The position numbers were made by a program, and so were the translations under genes. From Bigelowiella natans CCMP2755 (lineage: Eukaryota > Protista > Cercozoa): a stretch of 64,000 nucleotides of DNA. The stretch lies in assembly GCA_000320545.1 (NCBI GenBank), contig ADNK01000422.1, positions 8,378 through 72,377 of the forward strand, written 5' to 3'. The notes under the pieces were generated by a model. It did not search any database. It was not told where the DNA came from and saw only the letters and a program-made list of their open reading frames with translations. This document shows, one piece after another, positions 37,261 through 50,840 of this stretch (its first letter is position 1; the number at the start of each line of letters is the position of its first letter).

Positions 37261-40236
37261 TCAACTTTTGATGCTCAATCTAGATTTTGAAATTTCTTCG
37301 AATGCAATTTTAGCTTCATCGCGAGCTTTTCTAACCTTGAAGTATGCAAATATTTTCAAAATATATCCATGTCATCATGTGACGGTGCTTCTCTTTCACA
37401 TGCACACTCAGCACATATGTGAACACACTCATTTAATTCGCAGATGTAGTGTCACATATTCATGTGAAATCAAGATAAAAATACATCGTAGAATGTGCAC
37501 ACATGTTGAATGGAACCGCATTGGTACCATGAACATTTTCGCGGGTGTCAGTGCAGTTCCATCTTACCTTTCTCTGCAAAATGTCAATCTCAGCGACAAT
37601 GGCGATAGACGCGGCAGCCAACTCATCCTCCCTTGTGAGCTCTGATCCGTCAGAACTCTGAAATACCCAATTGAGAAGTTATATTTTTGTATGAATCGCA
37701 GCTCAATCGTGACTGTTGCTTTGAAACATATCCAAGTCAACTTAAATCAAAATAATGAGTATCATATTAACTCCAATTTGAGGATTTGTGTGTGCAATAT
37801 TTTTTTGGAAGTGTAGGTCAACCGCTATTTCGCTCTGTCTCTGTTTCTCTGCCATCCGTTTGTGCAGCACTTTCTCGACGAACATATCTACTGGGCTCAC
37901 TTTTCGAGCATGCTTTTGACTGGTTGTATCTATTTTTAATGATCCCTTAATTTCTGGTCTCGTGATCTTACTTTCTTTTCCTCCAGTTTTGAATGAAGTC
38001 GCAGATGTCCTTACTTGAAGTTGGAGTTTCCTTTTCTCTAAACCACCAGAACCAATCTCATCCTGACATGTGTTAAAAATTACATCGAATCGTCTGAGTA
38101 TTGCGATTATCACCCTAAGATTTGGGGAATTGGCCCATCGTCCCTCGAATGGCTCTCTGGATATGACGTAATTCATTTTTCTCCAAGATAACAAATAAAC
38201 ACTGAAATTACGTTGTCTCCATTCGCTGTTTCTTATTCATCATCCAAGCTGCAAGCTGATTGAAATGTCGAAATGTCGTAGATGAAATTAATATCAAAGA
38301 ATAACAACTTTGAGAATAGAACGAACTACTCTGATGGTTCGAGCCACCCATCGTTTGCGAGAAGCCTTGATGAAAGTATTAACAATGAAATAGTGTTGAG
38401 ATTTCTTATTAGGGTGTACATACCTTTAAGTCTTGCAGCATTTTCGTTTGACGTCTCGCAAGCATTGCCTAAAACATTAGTTAGACATAGGAAATTATGA
38501 TTGAAAGAATATTTGATGAAACCATAGTTTACTATATCCTACCTGAGAAAGCTTGAATTGTCTCTCCAGTTTGGATCGTTCAGTTTGATCTTTCTCAGCT
38601 GTGGCATCAGAGCTATTTTTGTACTCGACCTGATATTAGGATTTATTTTAAAGTGGGCAGGGATACCACACAGAATGCTGCGTACCTTTCTGGGAACATT
38701 TCCTGCCCAATTTGAATTGTCGCTGTTTATCGATGACGACGCGGTATCCTTTGCAATTCTGAGCGCTTCTAAGCTTTCATTTAGTTGCATGATCCTAGCA
38801 TTTAGGTCCAAATGAGTTGAATCCGCTTCTTCTAGCTGCTCCTCAAGTCTTGATACAGTAGAATGAAGATCGTCATTGTCCTTCTCCAACTAAAATAAGC
38901 AACTTGTTACCGAAGGTAATTGATTTGCATTACTGTCATATTTCAGTTACAGGGATACCTAGATGTACCTGCTGGCCTACGGTAAGCAATCCATGGCATC
39001 GTGTTGTCAGTTGCTCATTTTCATGTTGAAGTTCCTGCAGGATGGAATAATATTATAATTCTGTGTTTGATTTGTATACAAATTCTATGACCTGGACTTT
39101 TTGTCTTAATTCTTCAAGTTGATCCTCAGGATCCATTGAACAATACAAACGACCTCGTTCTACATCCTAAAATATGACAACGTGCAAACTGAAAAAAGTG
39201 AATCCATCCGACGTATAAGTCAGATGAGCTACTAAATGTAAAACATCAACCTCTAATTCAGTTGTAGCCAGCACTGAATTTTCCATCATTGACGGTGGCT
39301 TAGAAAATCTGTTGGTAATGCTCCCGTCCTCCTGAGATAAAATTAAGGCTTATTGATGGATACTAGTCCTGGAAATATCATCCCTCAAGTAGGGATATTT
39401 GGCTTTCTCCATGAGGGAAGGATGTGGTATTTTTGGTACTCACCATATACGAGAAATCTATGTTCAAAGACATTGGTCCAGGCTTGGGAGATGCAATTGA
39501 TTCGTCGTCTTTTGTATCGGAAACCCGTTTCTATATAATAATATAAACGATTGGATTCTGGGAGCAAGATGTGGCAGAATACAATGTCTACTCCGAAAAA
39601 GCGTTCGTCTCCATTTTCTTCATTTCTGACATCATGAAGCATGCTTGACGTCCATCTGTTTCAGTTTTGGTACATAAAGCGAGAAATCACTGAGTACCAT
39701 TCATAGTCTTGGTATATTGGCTGACCTCGATAGTCGGTTATCCAGACTATCTGATGCTTTCCCTTCAGATACATCAACCTCAATACATCGTTTCTTGAAC
39801 TGCATGGTTATTTTTTCCCTACGTTCTCTATTGGTGTTAGCTGCCCGCACGAGTTCTTCCAAATCTTCACGGCTGAGTAGAAATCCTCAAAGCTTACCCG
39901 ACCGTATGAGTCGGCATGCATTGCTTTACAGATGTCATCAACATCGTCCAAATTGGGCTAAACACATAATATTATCGTAATAATGACCGATGATTGCAGC
40001 AAGAAATAAAGCTATATTTACGAGAATGCTGTTCTACCATGAAACGCTCAATGTCAGTTTGGCTAAGCTTTCCGTCTTTATCGTGATCCATCTCTGCAGA
40101 TTACCCATAAAACTTTACGTCAGTCTTCAAAATGAATTTAAAAAAATCTCATTCATGATTGCAAAAGGACTGAATGTTATTTATCACGATCAAAGAGAAT
40201 CTTCCATTGCTCCTTAGATAGGTCGGTTCCCGCCAT
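37261..40236 (-). CDS. EF-hand plus coiled-coil hypothetical protein, multi-exon
   Basis: MAGTDLSKEQWKILFD.../EMDHDKDGKLSQTDIERFM (EF-hand loop DxDxDGxL); coiled-coil exon LEKDNDDLHSTVSRLEEQLEEADSTHLDLNARIMQLNESLEAL; last exon VRKARDEAKIAFEEISKSRLSIKS*. Confidence 0.65.
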
Positions 40237-40948
40237 TGCACAGCTGTTTTGGTTCTTTGCAGAGTGTTATTGATTCCTATGACTTTTATTCACTCAAAAG
40301 CTTCGGATTCGTTGTCGTTACACAAAGACGCCAAGGATCTTAGCCATAAATCGATAAAAGACTCTCTGGCGACACGATTTTATGCAAAACGGTTGGAAAA
40401 TGATCGTACATCTTCTCAGAGCGAGTCTTAGAACATAAATGGAGGGTATTTTAGGTATACGATGTGCGATATGTAGGCGGCACAAAGCTCTAGGGGCAAA
40501 ACTAATTCTTCAAGGGCCTCTTTTTCAATGTCGTAATTACAAAATCTCCATGATCGAAGCATAACTTCACGTAATGCCCTTATGTTCATGTTAACCCTCA
40601 TTGTTCAAAATTGTTCAAAAAAGGGTCCCTCTAGTACCCAACGACATCATCTCACGTTGTAGAACTTGATATGGAATGAATGTTTGTTCCCAGCTCTTCC
40701 AATTAGCTGCCGCCCAGAAGGAAGATTGTGTGTAAAAAAACCTACGGATTTATAACCTGCGATGATCATCATTTAATGTCGCAGAGGATAAATCCTCCCT
40801 CGTGCACACTTTCTTCTTCCATTATTGAGGACAGCATCTCACACAAACCAAACCACTCCACGTTTAGTACAACATCAACCAGCTACTTGTATTCGCAATA
40901 CTTGGAGGGCTTCTTCTCACTACAGGGATTCCAACTAGCAGGGACAGA

Positions 40949-42493
40949 ATGAGCATGAGCGTGGCGAGGAAGATACTTGACGAAGCTTTGGCCAAGAACA
41001 GGTGTGATATATTGTTCATGATGATGGGCTGTTCTCTGAATTTAACATTCTTAAATATTAGGTTTGTGGTTCTTCACTGCTTCAGGTTATTTACGGACAA
41101 TTAAAAAATTGACATGATGATGAAAACGACGACGACAATGGTGTTACAATGGAGATGGATTACTCTGTAAAAAATCACCAGCTGTTATTGATGGAAGTTG
41201 TGAATGACATTCTCTATTTCCTAAAAGGGGCAATTGGTGACCCCCATGCAGAGGTTGGTGCGCTGCAGCATATCAGAAGCTGCCCATCCTCACAAACTCA
41301 GGTAGAAAAATCTCGGTTTTCGAGATAAGTTTTTTCGTAGATATAAATTATCCAACGTTTGAACCAAGAGCAACAACTGTGTGGATACATTTAACTTCAG
41401 TAGGGTAGTTATTATTGCTTATCCATTGTGTAAACACTGCAATTGGCCCAATATCCCATGAGCTAATAATAAATATTTTAGGGGGTACGTTGCTGCATAT
41501 GACGTCTGAGAATGCAGAGGGTGCTGCAAAAATGGCTAAAAGAGTTAAGGTAAAATAGTTCATCGGTTCGAAGATTCATAGTGTCGCCATTTCTATCTTT
41601 ACCACATGTCCACTGGCGTTCCAGAAATGTTGCCTTAATGGCTGGATCGAGCACGCATCCTCGATATTTTGTCATCACCCACATTTTGAAGACAGCAATT
41701 TGCGACTTCCAACTCGACCAATCTATGCGAGTTGAATATCAATTTCTTGTAGGTCGAAGGTAAGATGACCTTTTTCTCGGACTACGATAAGGAACTCTCG
41801 AAAGAGCTCAAACTGGCCATTTTAGAGTATATAAGAGCACCTAACTCATCGTTGCCGTTTTGATTTAGTAATATGAATATCTCGATGCTGAAAATCTTTG
41901 CTTCCCGAGCTGAGATGTCATCATATAAAGATGCAAATGATAGCCGTTGTTATTGTCATGGGTTCATGATATGCATTATTATCATCACTCACCATCATTT
42001 GTATTAGTGCTGGATATGAACCAGAAAACTTCAAGGATCGGAAGATGGTTCAACCTGGCATTTTCGTATTTAACGACAAAAAAGAGATGATCTTCAAGTA
42101 AACTCTAACACCTAGCGCAATGCATGCTCCAAGTCACACCACAATTTCACAAAGAAAATGTGTTTAAAATGAAGAAATGAAGAAGACTACATCTTCTTGT
42201 ATCACACGACAGATACATAAAAGAAGGAGAAGGTCCATGGGGTCGACCACTTCCTGGTAGTCTCTTCTCCATCATCGCTGAGCACGTCAAGGCTGCTGGT
42301 GAGGGTCCCATCAGTGCAATTCCTAACGAAAAAACAAAGGATCTCCCAGTTCAGGATAAGGTGTTATTGTCGTGAACATATGTCTCACATAAATGCAGAA
42401 CATGGCCTTCCATGAAAATAAATTTTACATTCACAGAAAGCTCTTGAAGCTTTAAAGGCTGAACTTGAACCCAAGGGGCTATATCCAGAGTAA
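40949..42493 (+). CDS. AhpC/TSA (peroxiredoxin-like) thioredoxin-fold selenoprotein, 8 exons, 195 aa, Sec at residue 30
   Basis: Exons 40949-41001, 41062-41085, 41228-41301, 41482-41549, 41753-41826, 42008-42097, 42213-42360 and 42437-42493 (588 nt, all GT-AG) give ...RFVVLHCFRGNW*PPCRGWC...LLHMTSE...FSDYDKELSKEL...QPGIFVF...GRPLP. The TGA is at 41238-41240 and a SECIS lies downstream. Confidence 0.88.
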
Positions 42494-42568
42494 TCCGTCT
42501 GTATAGGGAGTCGAAATGCCAAGATTGGATGAAATCATATACGGATATGGGTGCATTGTGGACAACAT

Positions 42569-42658
42569 GAAGTCCTTTAGTTGATGAATTTGTGATGATC
42601 CTGATTAAAAAGCAATAAAATTGCGCAACCAGGGACTGATAAATCTAGCCAGGCCTTC
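42569..42658 (+). promoter_or_regulatory. SECIS element (type II) in the 3' UTR
   Basis: GTGAT (42592-42596) pairs with TGAT (42637-42640) as the quartet. Helix II GATCCTGATT/AACCAGGGAC, AAAAA bulge at 42607-42611, apical ministem GCAAT/ATTGC, lower helices ATTT/AAAT and GAAGTCCT/AGGCCTTC. Confidence 0.85.
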
Positions 42659-43537
42659 CAATTGAACGCTCTTTACCGGATATTTTGATTAGACGCACCG
42701 ATCACATGGTAGGACGTGTCAGGAAATTTTGGAAGTCAGGCGCAACAATCATTGATGAGAAGTAAATCATGTTGCACATGTTCACCCAGATTAATATTTA
42801 GATGTTGAAGTCTTAACGAAGTCAATCAATACACTTATTTAGACACTTTGGAACGGTCATGTTTTGCAGGCGCTAGTGCGTAGGCGTAGTCGCTCATTCT
42901 AGCACTGCTTCGAGCACACACCAACAGTGATTTCAATTGATTTGCGCCGTGCAAATCCATGCATGCCCGTCTAGCCGTGCAAACTTGCAAAGTTCTGCAA
43001 GTAACTTTCGACGTTGCGCACCAACCAAGAGCAGGGAAATGAACAAATGTGGGGCATGCTAGCATGGTTGGTGCCCAGCTAGCCAGCTAGCTAGCTAGCT
43101 AGCTAGTCTGTCACACATTTCTAGATTTGCTGTGAAGTCTCATGCAAGCACTTGAGCACACACGCTAGCACGCTAGCTAGCTAGCACGCGCGAACGCTCA
43201 TCGCATTTGCAAACATCTGCTAGATCTGGCCTCACGCACCTGTCCAATCTAGCAATGCCTAGCTAGCTAGATGCGTCCGTCACAATCATCTAGGCATGTG
43301 CATTTTCCTGACATCACTAGATCATCTAGAGCGTCATGAAGGGAGACTACTAGACTGCTGGCCAAATCTAGAGTGTCAATGCGGGTGACCTCCATCGACA
43401 TGCTAGCTAGCTAGCATGTCTGAGACATGGATTGTCATATGTCTGGTTTAGCATGAACACCGTCGCTAGAAATGATGAAGCGGCTACTTCGACTAAAATA
43501 GGAACTTTGTGCCTGATCATCTCTGTATTAACGCCAG

Positions 43538-44622
43538 CTAATCGTTGCTACTCTCAGATTCTGCATCAATCTGAATACCTGCAAATGGATCACCTTCTTC
43601 ACGCTCCTCCATCATTTTCTCATAATCTGCTCGGAATTGTGGTGTATTATCGAGCAGGATCTCTTGGGCATGACGTCTTTCCTCTTTCATTTTGCGTACC
43701 GCCTGATTGTATGCCTTGTTCTCCTCTGCGAATGGATCGCTAGCATGCTTAACCTCTACATTGATATGCTTTTTAAAAGGTACTAGACTGCCTATATCGG
43801 AGTTTCCTTTATTTTCTTTCGTTTTGTTGGTGAGTAGTTCTTGGTAAAACTGCACAGCCTGAGGAGCTGCACGCACCATGTCAGATCTAAAGTTGATAAG
43901 TCGGAGTCCTTGAAAACTCCTTGCCCGTGAAAGGGCCACATATGCCTGGCCGTATGCGAAACAGCCCTGCATGTCGACCTACAGACCAGACAATGATGTG
44001 AAAGACGTCGTTCACAAAAAGCCGCAACATGTATGATTATGATGTCGATGCGATGATGGTGCGAAAGGCAAAATAAACGCACGTGTATAGATTTCCCCCG
44101 TTGAACAACTCAATGAGTATCCTATACTTTCATGCATGTTTTGGTGTGCATATTATCTCAAAATGATCGAATTCTCTCGTATGCAAATTCTGGAACAGAC
44201 ACTACCAGGCTTACGAAATAATGCAGTGATAATTTGCAAGGTGAGACAATTACCTCAAGGTGGTTGATTGTCATTCCCTGAGACTTATGGATTGAAATAG
44301 CCCAAGCAAGTTTCAGGGGTATTTGCTCTCGCCAAGCCATAGTCTTTCCGTGTATGTCGAGAGTGAAGTTCTGTGCAAGGATTATTCTCTCCTCGCTTTG
44401 TGAGGAACCGTTCTTCATTAGCGTTGCGAATCGAATTACTGGAAATATCTTCCCAGTTGCTGCTAGTTCAAGGTTCTGCTGTCGGAGCGTCTTTCGCACA
44501 CCTTCTTCTTCCTCTGAATCTGACTGTTGTTGGTATCCGGTGTCAAAAAGTACATAAATTATGTTCAGTGGAAGTGTGTGTGTTTATGTGCGTGTATATA
44601 TGAATCTGGTTATGTGCACTGA

Positions 44623-44653
<31 letters not shown>

Positions 44654-46160
44654 GTGTGTGTGTGCGTGTGTATGAGAAAAATGCTATTCGGAGCATGTGA
44701 CTCACACTCGCTGTTGGTTAGTGATAGACAATCTCTTTTCTTTGCCGTGCTGATAATCAGAGAACACCAACTACACTCACTCACCGGAAAGAACTTTTCG
44801 TATCGAACAACAACTCCGCGGGCACCATTAACCAGGCCAGCAGTGACGTCGAGGTTCTTTACAAGCAACACTTGCGCCCCTATTCGCAATTTAATGCTCT
44901 CCGCCACAGGGGAGTTCCTCCGTAAGATTGAGAGAAAAGGCTCCTTTCCTACCTACATAATAAAGTGATGAGAGAGAGTTGCGTCATGATGCCGTCCTTA
45001 GGAGTAGTGCACGTACACCATATTTTCATACGTCGCGGTAATTACTATTATGCTGCTGCTACTGCTACTACTACTACTATTACTACTTCTATTACTACAA
45101 AAGGCTATAAGAACGTTTTGGATATATCGTGTGCGATGAAGATGATGCAAAGACGGCAAAAAAAACATATTTATAGATATCATGGTTGCGTGTACTACTA
45201 CTACGTACAAAATATAATTAGTAATACGTACATCTGTTGCGTTGAAGCATCGTTCAGCACCCTAGTACGTAGGTAGGAACAATGTGATCATGATGATGAC
45301 GACGATGGTGATGATGATGATGATGACAATGATGATGCCACATGGAAAGGTAGTGGCTGCATGTTTGTTGTCTCAGATTAAGAAAAACACAAATATCAGA
45401 ATGGAAATAGAAGAGTTCCTCAGGCGGCGTGGAAGAAGGTAGCAGCACTCACTACCTTAAGGGTGTTAAGTCTTTGCATGTTTATCCTATCAACATGCAC
45501 GTTATGCACGTAAAGGCGTGTCGGCTCGATGCCATGCAGCAGGTTCAGTGTTCGATTCACAGCACGACTGAACAGCCTTTTGGTCGAATTTGACATTTCA
45601 CCCATCCGTACCTGTGGTGGTGGTGTGGATTGAAATAAACAACCTCCTTCTTCACATCTATCCCCACACTACTTATATTCTCTGTTATTATTTTTCTTAC
45701 TATTATCATCATCTACTCGTGAATATATTACTTCATTAAGAGCCTGTGCGAACTCCATATCAGCCTGTCGGTAGACCCTCGTGAGTAAGATCTTCTTCTT
45801 CACGCAACGGGCCCAGGACGGTGAGAGAAACGCGAAGTGCACTCCTCCGTTACCACTCCTATCTCTTGACACCACGGGGGGCAGCTGCAAGAAATCCCCT
45901 GTTAGTATCAGCTGAATCCCACCGAAAGGCCGTTCATTTCCACGGACAGATCGAGCAATGGTTTCGACTTTCTCAAACAAGGTATCTGGAAGCATCGATA
46001 TCTCATCGATTATCAGAGTCTGGCAGGTCTCCCAACGCCAGATGCTCCGTGGACTTTTGCGTACCTTATATGATGATTGGTGATGATGATGCTGATGATG
46101 AGGTGATGATGATGCGTTTTTCTTCTTCTTGTCCTCCTTCTTGCTCTCATTATTACTACC

Positions 46161-46196
<36 letters not shown>

Positions 46197-48100
46197 GCTG
46201 CTATAACTGCTACTTCTAACACAACTAATGGCTAGTACCTGATCAAGGAGTCGGTGAACGGGATCGGCGCCCAACCCTATACCCGCAAATGAGTGCAGCG
46301 TTGTACCACCTATGTGGGAAGCTGCCGTGCCGGTGCTTGCTGTCACTTGCAAGGCCGATGACGACGGTGTTCTCCTTCCTTGTGCATTTTTATGCAGCAA
46401 TGTGCTATTTTGTCGCAGTAGTCGGATGATAACTTTTAGAAGAGCCGACTGAGAACGATTGGGACAATAAGTATGTGACATTGCAAATGCTATTAATGAT
46501 GACGATGATGATCGATGATGATGATGGTAATAATATGCTGCAAAGATAGCTTCTTATCGTGACTAATACTGGACCTTTCCTGTTCCTGCATTTCCCGTGT
46601 AGAAAATACTCTCGCCAGTCTCGACACACCTGACAAACGACGACGACCATTTTAACAAAGATTAGCACGCAAACGGAGGAGGAGGAGGAGGAGGAGGAGG
46701 AGGAGGTATTTGATGTTACCTATCGAAACTAAAAAGAATCCCCAAAACCTCAAATTTGTTAGCTATGTTTTATGAGCAGAGTCGCGGTAACAACACTCGT
46801 TCATCAGTATCTGTTGACCAACCTTATGACATCGATCTGCTCAGAAGAAAGTTGGAATCCAGCGATTCGAGAGTAGCTGTAAGATAAATAAGTAGGGAGA
46901 TAGATACACCGGCAGATAGACAAGAGAAAGAAGAAGAACGAAGGAAGAAGGGAGCGTCAATAAAAGAGAGGACCTATACTTCATGATTGGTGAAATATTC
47001 ATCTCGTAGACAAATTTCGTCGTTATCGTCGTCGTCGTCATCGTCGTTCAGCTGTTGATAAATGTGACTAGTGGCCGCTTGCCATACGATGTACGAGAGC
47101 ATCATCACACCATCGCCTTACCGGTCAGTGAAAAGCTCCCTCAGATTCCGGAATTGTGGGCGCATTATCATCGTACTGCTGGGGTTGCTATTGAAGCCAC
47201 CACCACCACCACCACCGGCACCCTCCTCCATGAGATCATCATTATTATTACCTTTAACAATCTGTTCCATTTCTTCCGTGTCAAACTCCTCATCTACTTC
47301 CCCCAAAAAACTCTTTAGCTGCTTTTTCGAGCCGCTCGTCCTCTTCTTCAGCATCATCAACTGACTTTTCCTTCTACTAGAGAGTAGAGACTTGGAAGAA
47401 ATACGACCGCTCCCTTTTAAAAGTCCGTCTCCTCCTCGTGAATAGTCATCGTGACTACTCTTTTTTTTCCGAAGCAAAGAATTGGAGGATGAATGGAATG
47501 ATAACGAAGAAGATTGCAAGCCACCTACGAGAAGAAGATCCATACTTCTTAAGCCTCAAACAATAACAATTATGATATCATAATGTTCCACAATTGCTGC
47601 TGGCATATTTTAAAACTACCACTACAACAACAACTACTCTACTACTAACTACTACTACTACTATAGTAGTAGTAGTAGTCCACTACCTTTGTCTCTCCTT
47701 CTTCCTCCCCCCGGGGATACTCTGGATGTTGCTTTACAATGCCTGTTCCCGTGCTGGCCATAGCTTTTTATGCCATGGTGTCCATCGACCGACGGCTCCA
47801 AAGATGATCCTGGAAACAAGTAAATCCACTTCATGACCTTTTTTTTTACTAATGCATTTACACGTTTTAGGCGCATACTGGCGGAATTCTGTTGCAGTTC
47901 TCGGAATACCTAAACCAAAGTAGACGATTGAGATAATATAACAACGACGAAAATAGCAAAGCCTCTGTCTCAAGAAATCCAAAACATGTCATTCAAAAGA
48001 AACCTTCTTCGATCGCACATCTTCCCTAAATCCGGAGTCCCGCTTACGTCGAAAAGGGTTCTCGAAATCTCCATCCTCAGTGAACCGTATGCCTAATCAA
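43538..48100 (-). CDS. PIF1: PIF1 family 5'-3' DNA helicase, multi-exon; 5' end approximate
   Basis: FYTGNAGTGK/S, VTASTGTAASHIGGTTLHSFAGIG, LIIDEISML, PFGGIQLILTGDFLQLPPV, VYRQAD, GAQVLLVKNLDVTAGLVNGARGVV, QIPLKLAWAISIHKSQGMT, GQAYVALSRA. Confidence 0.95.
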
Positions 48101-48611
48101 AGATATCTTCTATGAATGAAAGTATCATACTTTTGGCATATTTTGATAACCTCCTTTACAGATATTAGATCGTAATATTATTGGTTCATTGTATTTAAGG
48201 TCGTGCTCGACCCGTTGCAGGTGTGCTATCGAGGTCTGTCCCTGAAGGTGCTACTTGACAATAATCGATCTGTGAGGATTTATGACTTTATCGTTATTGA
48301 GCAGATGATAGAAGAAGGTTGAATATAATACCAGAAAGAAGAGTATCATGAACGTCCCGCCTCTCATTCATTAGCTCTAGACCATCGCCAAGAGGCAATG
48401 GGGCCAGATAAGATAATGAATGTGTTGCTCCTCAGTGCTCACCACTCTTCCAGAATACAAATCGAAGCGAAGAGTGAGTTTTATTTTAAAAATACATGTG
48501 ATTTTTACTCTGCGACAACATTTATGAAATGTCTTAAGTTGGAAAAGGAGGTACAACCATCTCTTGAGCAATCAAGTCTTTCTCCGGGCCTCCACAACTC
48601 CAAAGGCCATC

Positions 48612-49840
48612 ATGGACTCCGAGGTGAGGATGTTTCAATATGTGCTACAGGCGTACAATGTTGTAGCCTCGGCATTTCCTCTGCCTTCCAATTTACTTCT
48701 CCCTTTCGAACAAGCCATTAACTTTAACAGGATTAGCATGCATGTTTATCTTGTGCTTTGTACATCCGAGGAGAGGCGAAACAACTCTCTATCTCTTCTA
48801 GAGCAGATTTACTTGCGAATATTTTCATTTTACGATAGCTGGATTGAATATTTAACCAGAAGCAGCTAGATGGGTCTAGCACCGTGAAGCGTGGAACAAA
48901 GCGAGAGCTTGAATCCGAGGTTTCTTCAGTCAGCATCGCCAAGAATAATGATGTTGTCGATGGTACATCGCAGAAAAAGGTAAAATTGACAGGGACTACA
49001 TGCTCATCCAATGAACAAGTCGCTACCAGCAGCGTGAGAAGCGCAAATCAACTTGACAGGCCAGTTTCTTGCAGCGAGATTGACATCGGAAGTAAATTGA
49101 ATTTAGTTGGAAGACGTGTGGAAGTTCTATGGGGGGAGGAAGATAGGCTATTGAAGACTTCAAAAGAGCATTGGTGGGGTTGTACCGTCATTAGGAAAAC
49201 TAGCGAATTCCACTCCGGAGAACGCTTACGAGAAGAATACGTTCGGATTGTAAAGGACGATAAACAATCTGAAAATAAAAGTAATGCTCAAGCGTCCAAT
49301 AAGGAAGGTACAAGTGGTAGAGCGGCAGGGAGGGAGGCAGCTGCAGATCTCAGCGAATTAAAACTAATAAAATTGCCAGTGTATGAAGTGTGCTATGATG
49401 TCGATCCCAAGGAAAGATTGAAACCAGAAGATCTAAAAAAAGAAGGAGAGCGTTCGCGTGTATGTTTTATGTCGGATCACGGTCTTTTCGATATTAATTA
49501 CGACTCGCCTATGGTATGGCGATATGAGGACTCTGAATGGTGTATAAATCTACCCGAATCATCTATTCCGAATGTGGAAAAATGTACAGAAGAAATGATT
49601 GAGCTGGTTCTAAAATCAGCTTTAACCAAACATATGCCAATGATGAAGCGACTTCCGAGAGACCAACTCTGTATGATATCGGATATGATCCAAAAAGGCA
49701 GGGATAAGCTGAAGGCTGCATTGGTAACTCGATGGCAGGCAGTGACAGCTGCGGGGAAATCCCTCAGTGCAGAGGACATCAAAGAGGTCTGTGCGGCGGT
49801 GAATGTGCCGCGATTTGACTCCAGCAGCTCATCAACTTGA
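48612..49840 (+). CDS. Hypothetical protein with a possible Tudor/SH3-like barrel
   Basis: Long open exon 48860-49840 and a probable 12-nt first exon ATGGACTCCGAG|GT at 48612. LVGRRVEVLW...WWGCTV...YEVCYD resembles Tudor-type strands (inference). Confidence 0.6.
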
Positions 49841-50840
49841 TCGAATGATGTATGTCGCAATGATTTGTTCCTTTAATGCATCATTTTTATTATTGGGAAG
49901 TGTAATAACTAGAAAGTCTCCTGCATTTCCGCGTGCGCGTCGCATGCATATACTGTGTACATCTAGCTAGCTAGCTAGATGTGTGTGTGTGTGTGTGTGT
50001 GTGTGCTCCATGTCCAGCATGTATGACGATCAGCAGCTATTTGGTGAAACAATGAACAGCTAGACACGCCATGCATCCATGCGCTAGCTTTGGCACATCA
50101 ATGTGTCGCTATAGCACAGCTAGACAGCGCCACTGAACTATAGCGCAATAACGCGTAACGTCATTGCAATATATATGGTGAGACGGCATGCTAGCATGTG
50201 AGCATGAAGTGGTTGAATGTTTTCTGTGGTCATCCTGATGTGTTTGTGCAGCCGCAGCGGCCACTGCGCTCATGCTAGCTATAGCATGCTACATGTCTGT
50301 AGTTTGTCTCCGCTGCCACGTGCTGTTTCATGCAATTGAAAGGTCTAGAGGTACATAGCTAGACAGCTAGACAGATGTCGCACATTTTGCGACTAGACCA
50401 CATGCGCACAGTGCATGCTAGCTAGCTAGTGTGAGCTACGCTTGCACATTGCGAACGAACTGTGCTCGGCAATGAGCAGGCGTTGTTCATGCAGGTTTGT
50501 CACCAATGATGTGCACATGCGTGCTAATTTAACTGACCCGTGTAAAAAACATAGCACGCGCACAATGAACGTTTCACCAGCACATTGCTTCCGGTGAGCG
50601 TAGCATTCCTGCAACTACATGCAATGTAACGGGATTGGGCCTCATTGATTCAAAAAATGAGCGACTGTATTTACAAATGTTTACTTCACACGTCAGAGAA
50701 ATCTAATGACGAGGTCGCATGACGATGTTCTATTGACTTTCATGTGTTCATTTCTTGAACTTAAGTTAAAATGCCGTTGTAATTTCGAATCTAAACGAAA
50801 ACTTGCTGAGACATTGGTCGCTATGCTGAAAACATTGTCT

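Noticed and set aside
41228-41301. Stop-free alternative frame (GAIGDPHAEVGALQH...) or a pseudogene reading of the AhpC exon
   Set aside because: That frame is out of phase with the flanking exons and loses the RGxW(C/U)PxC motif. The SECIS and the otherwise intact frame argue against a pseudogene.
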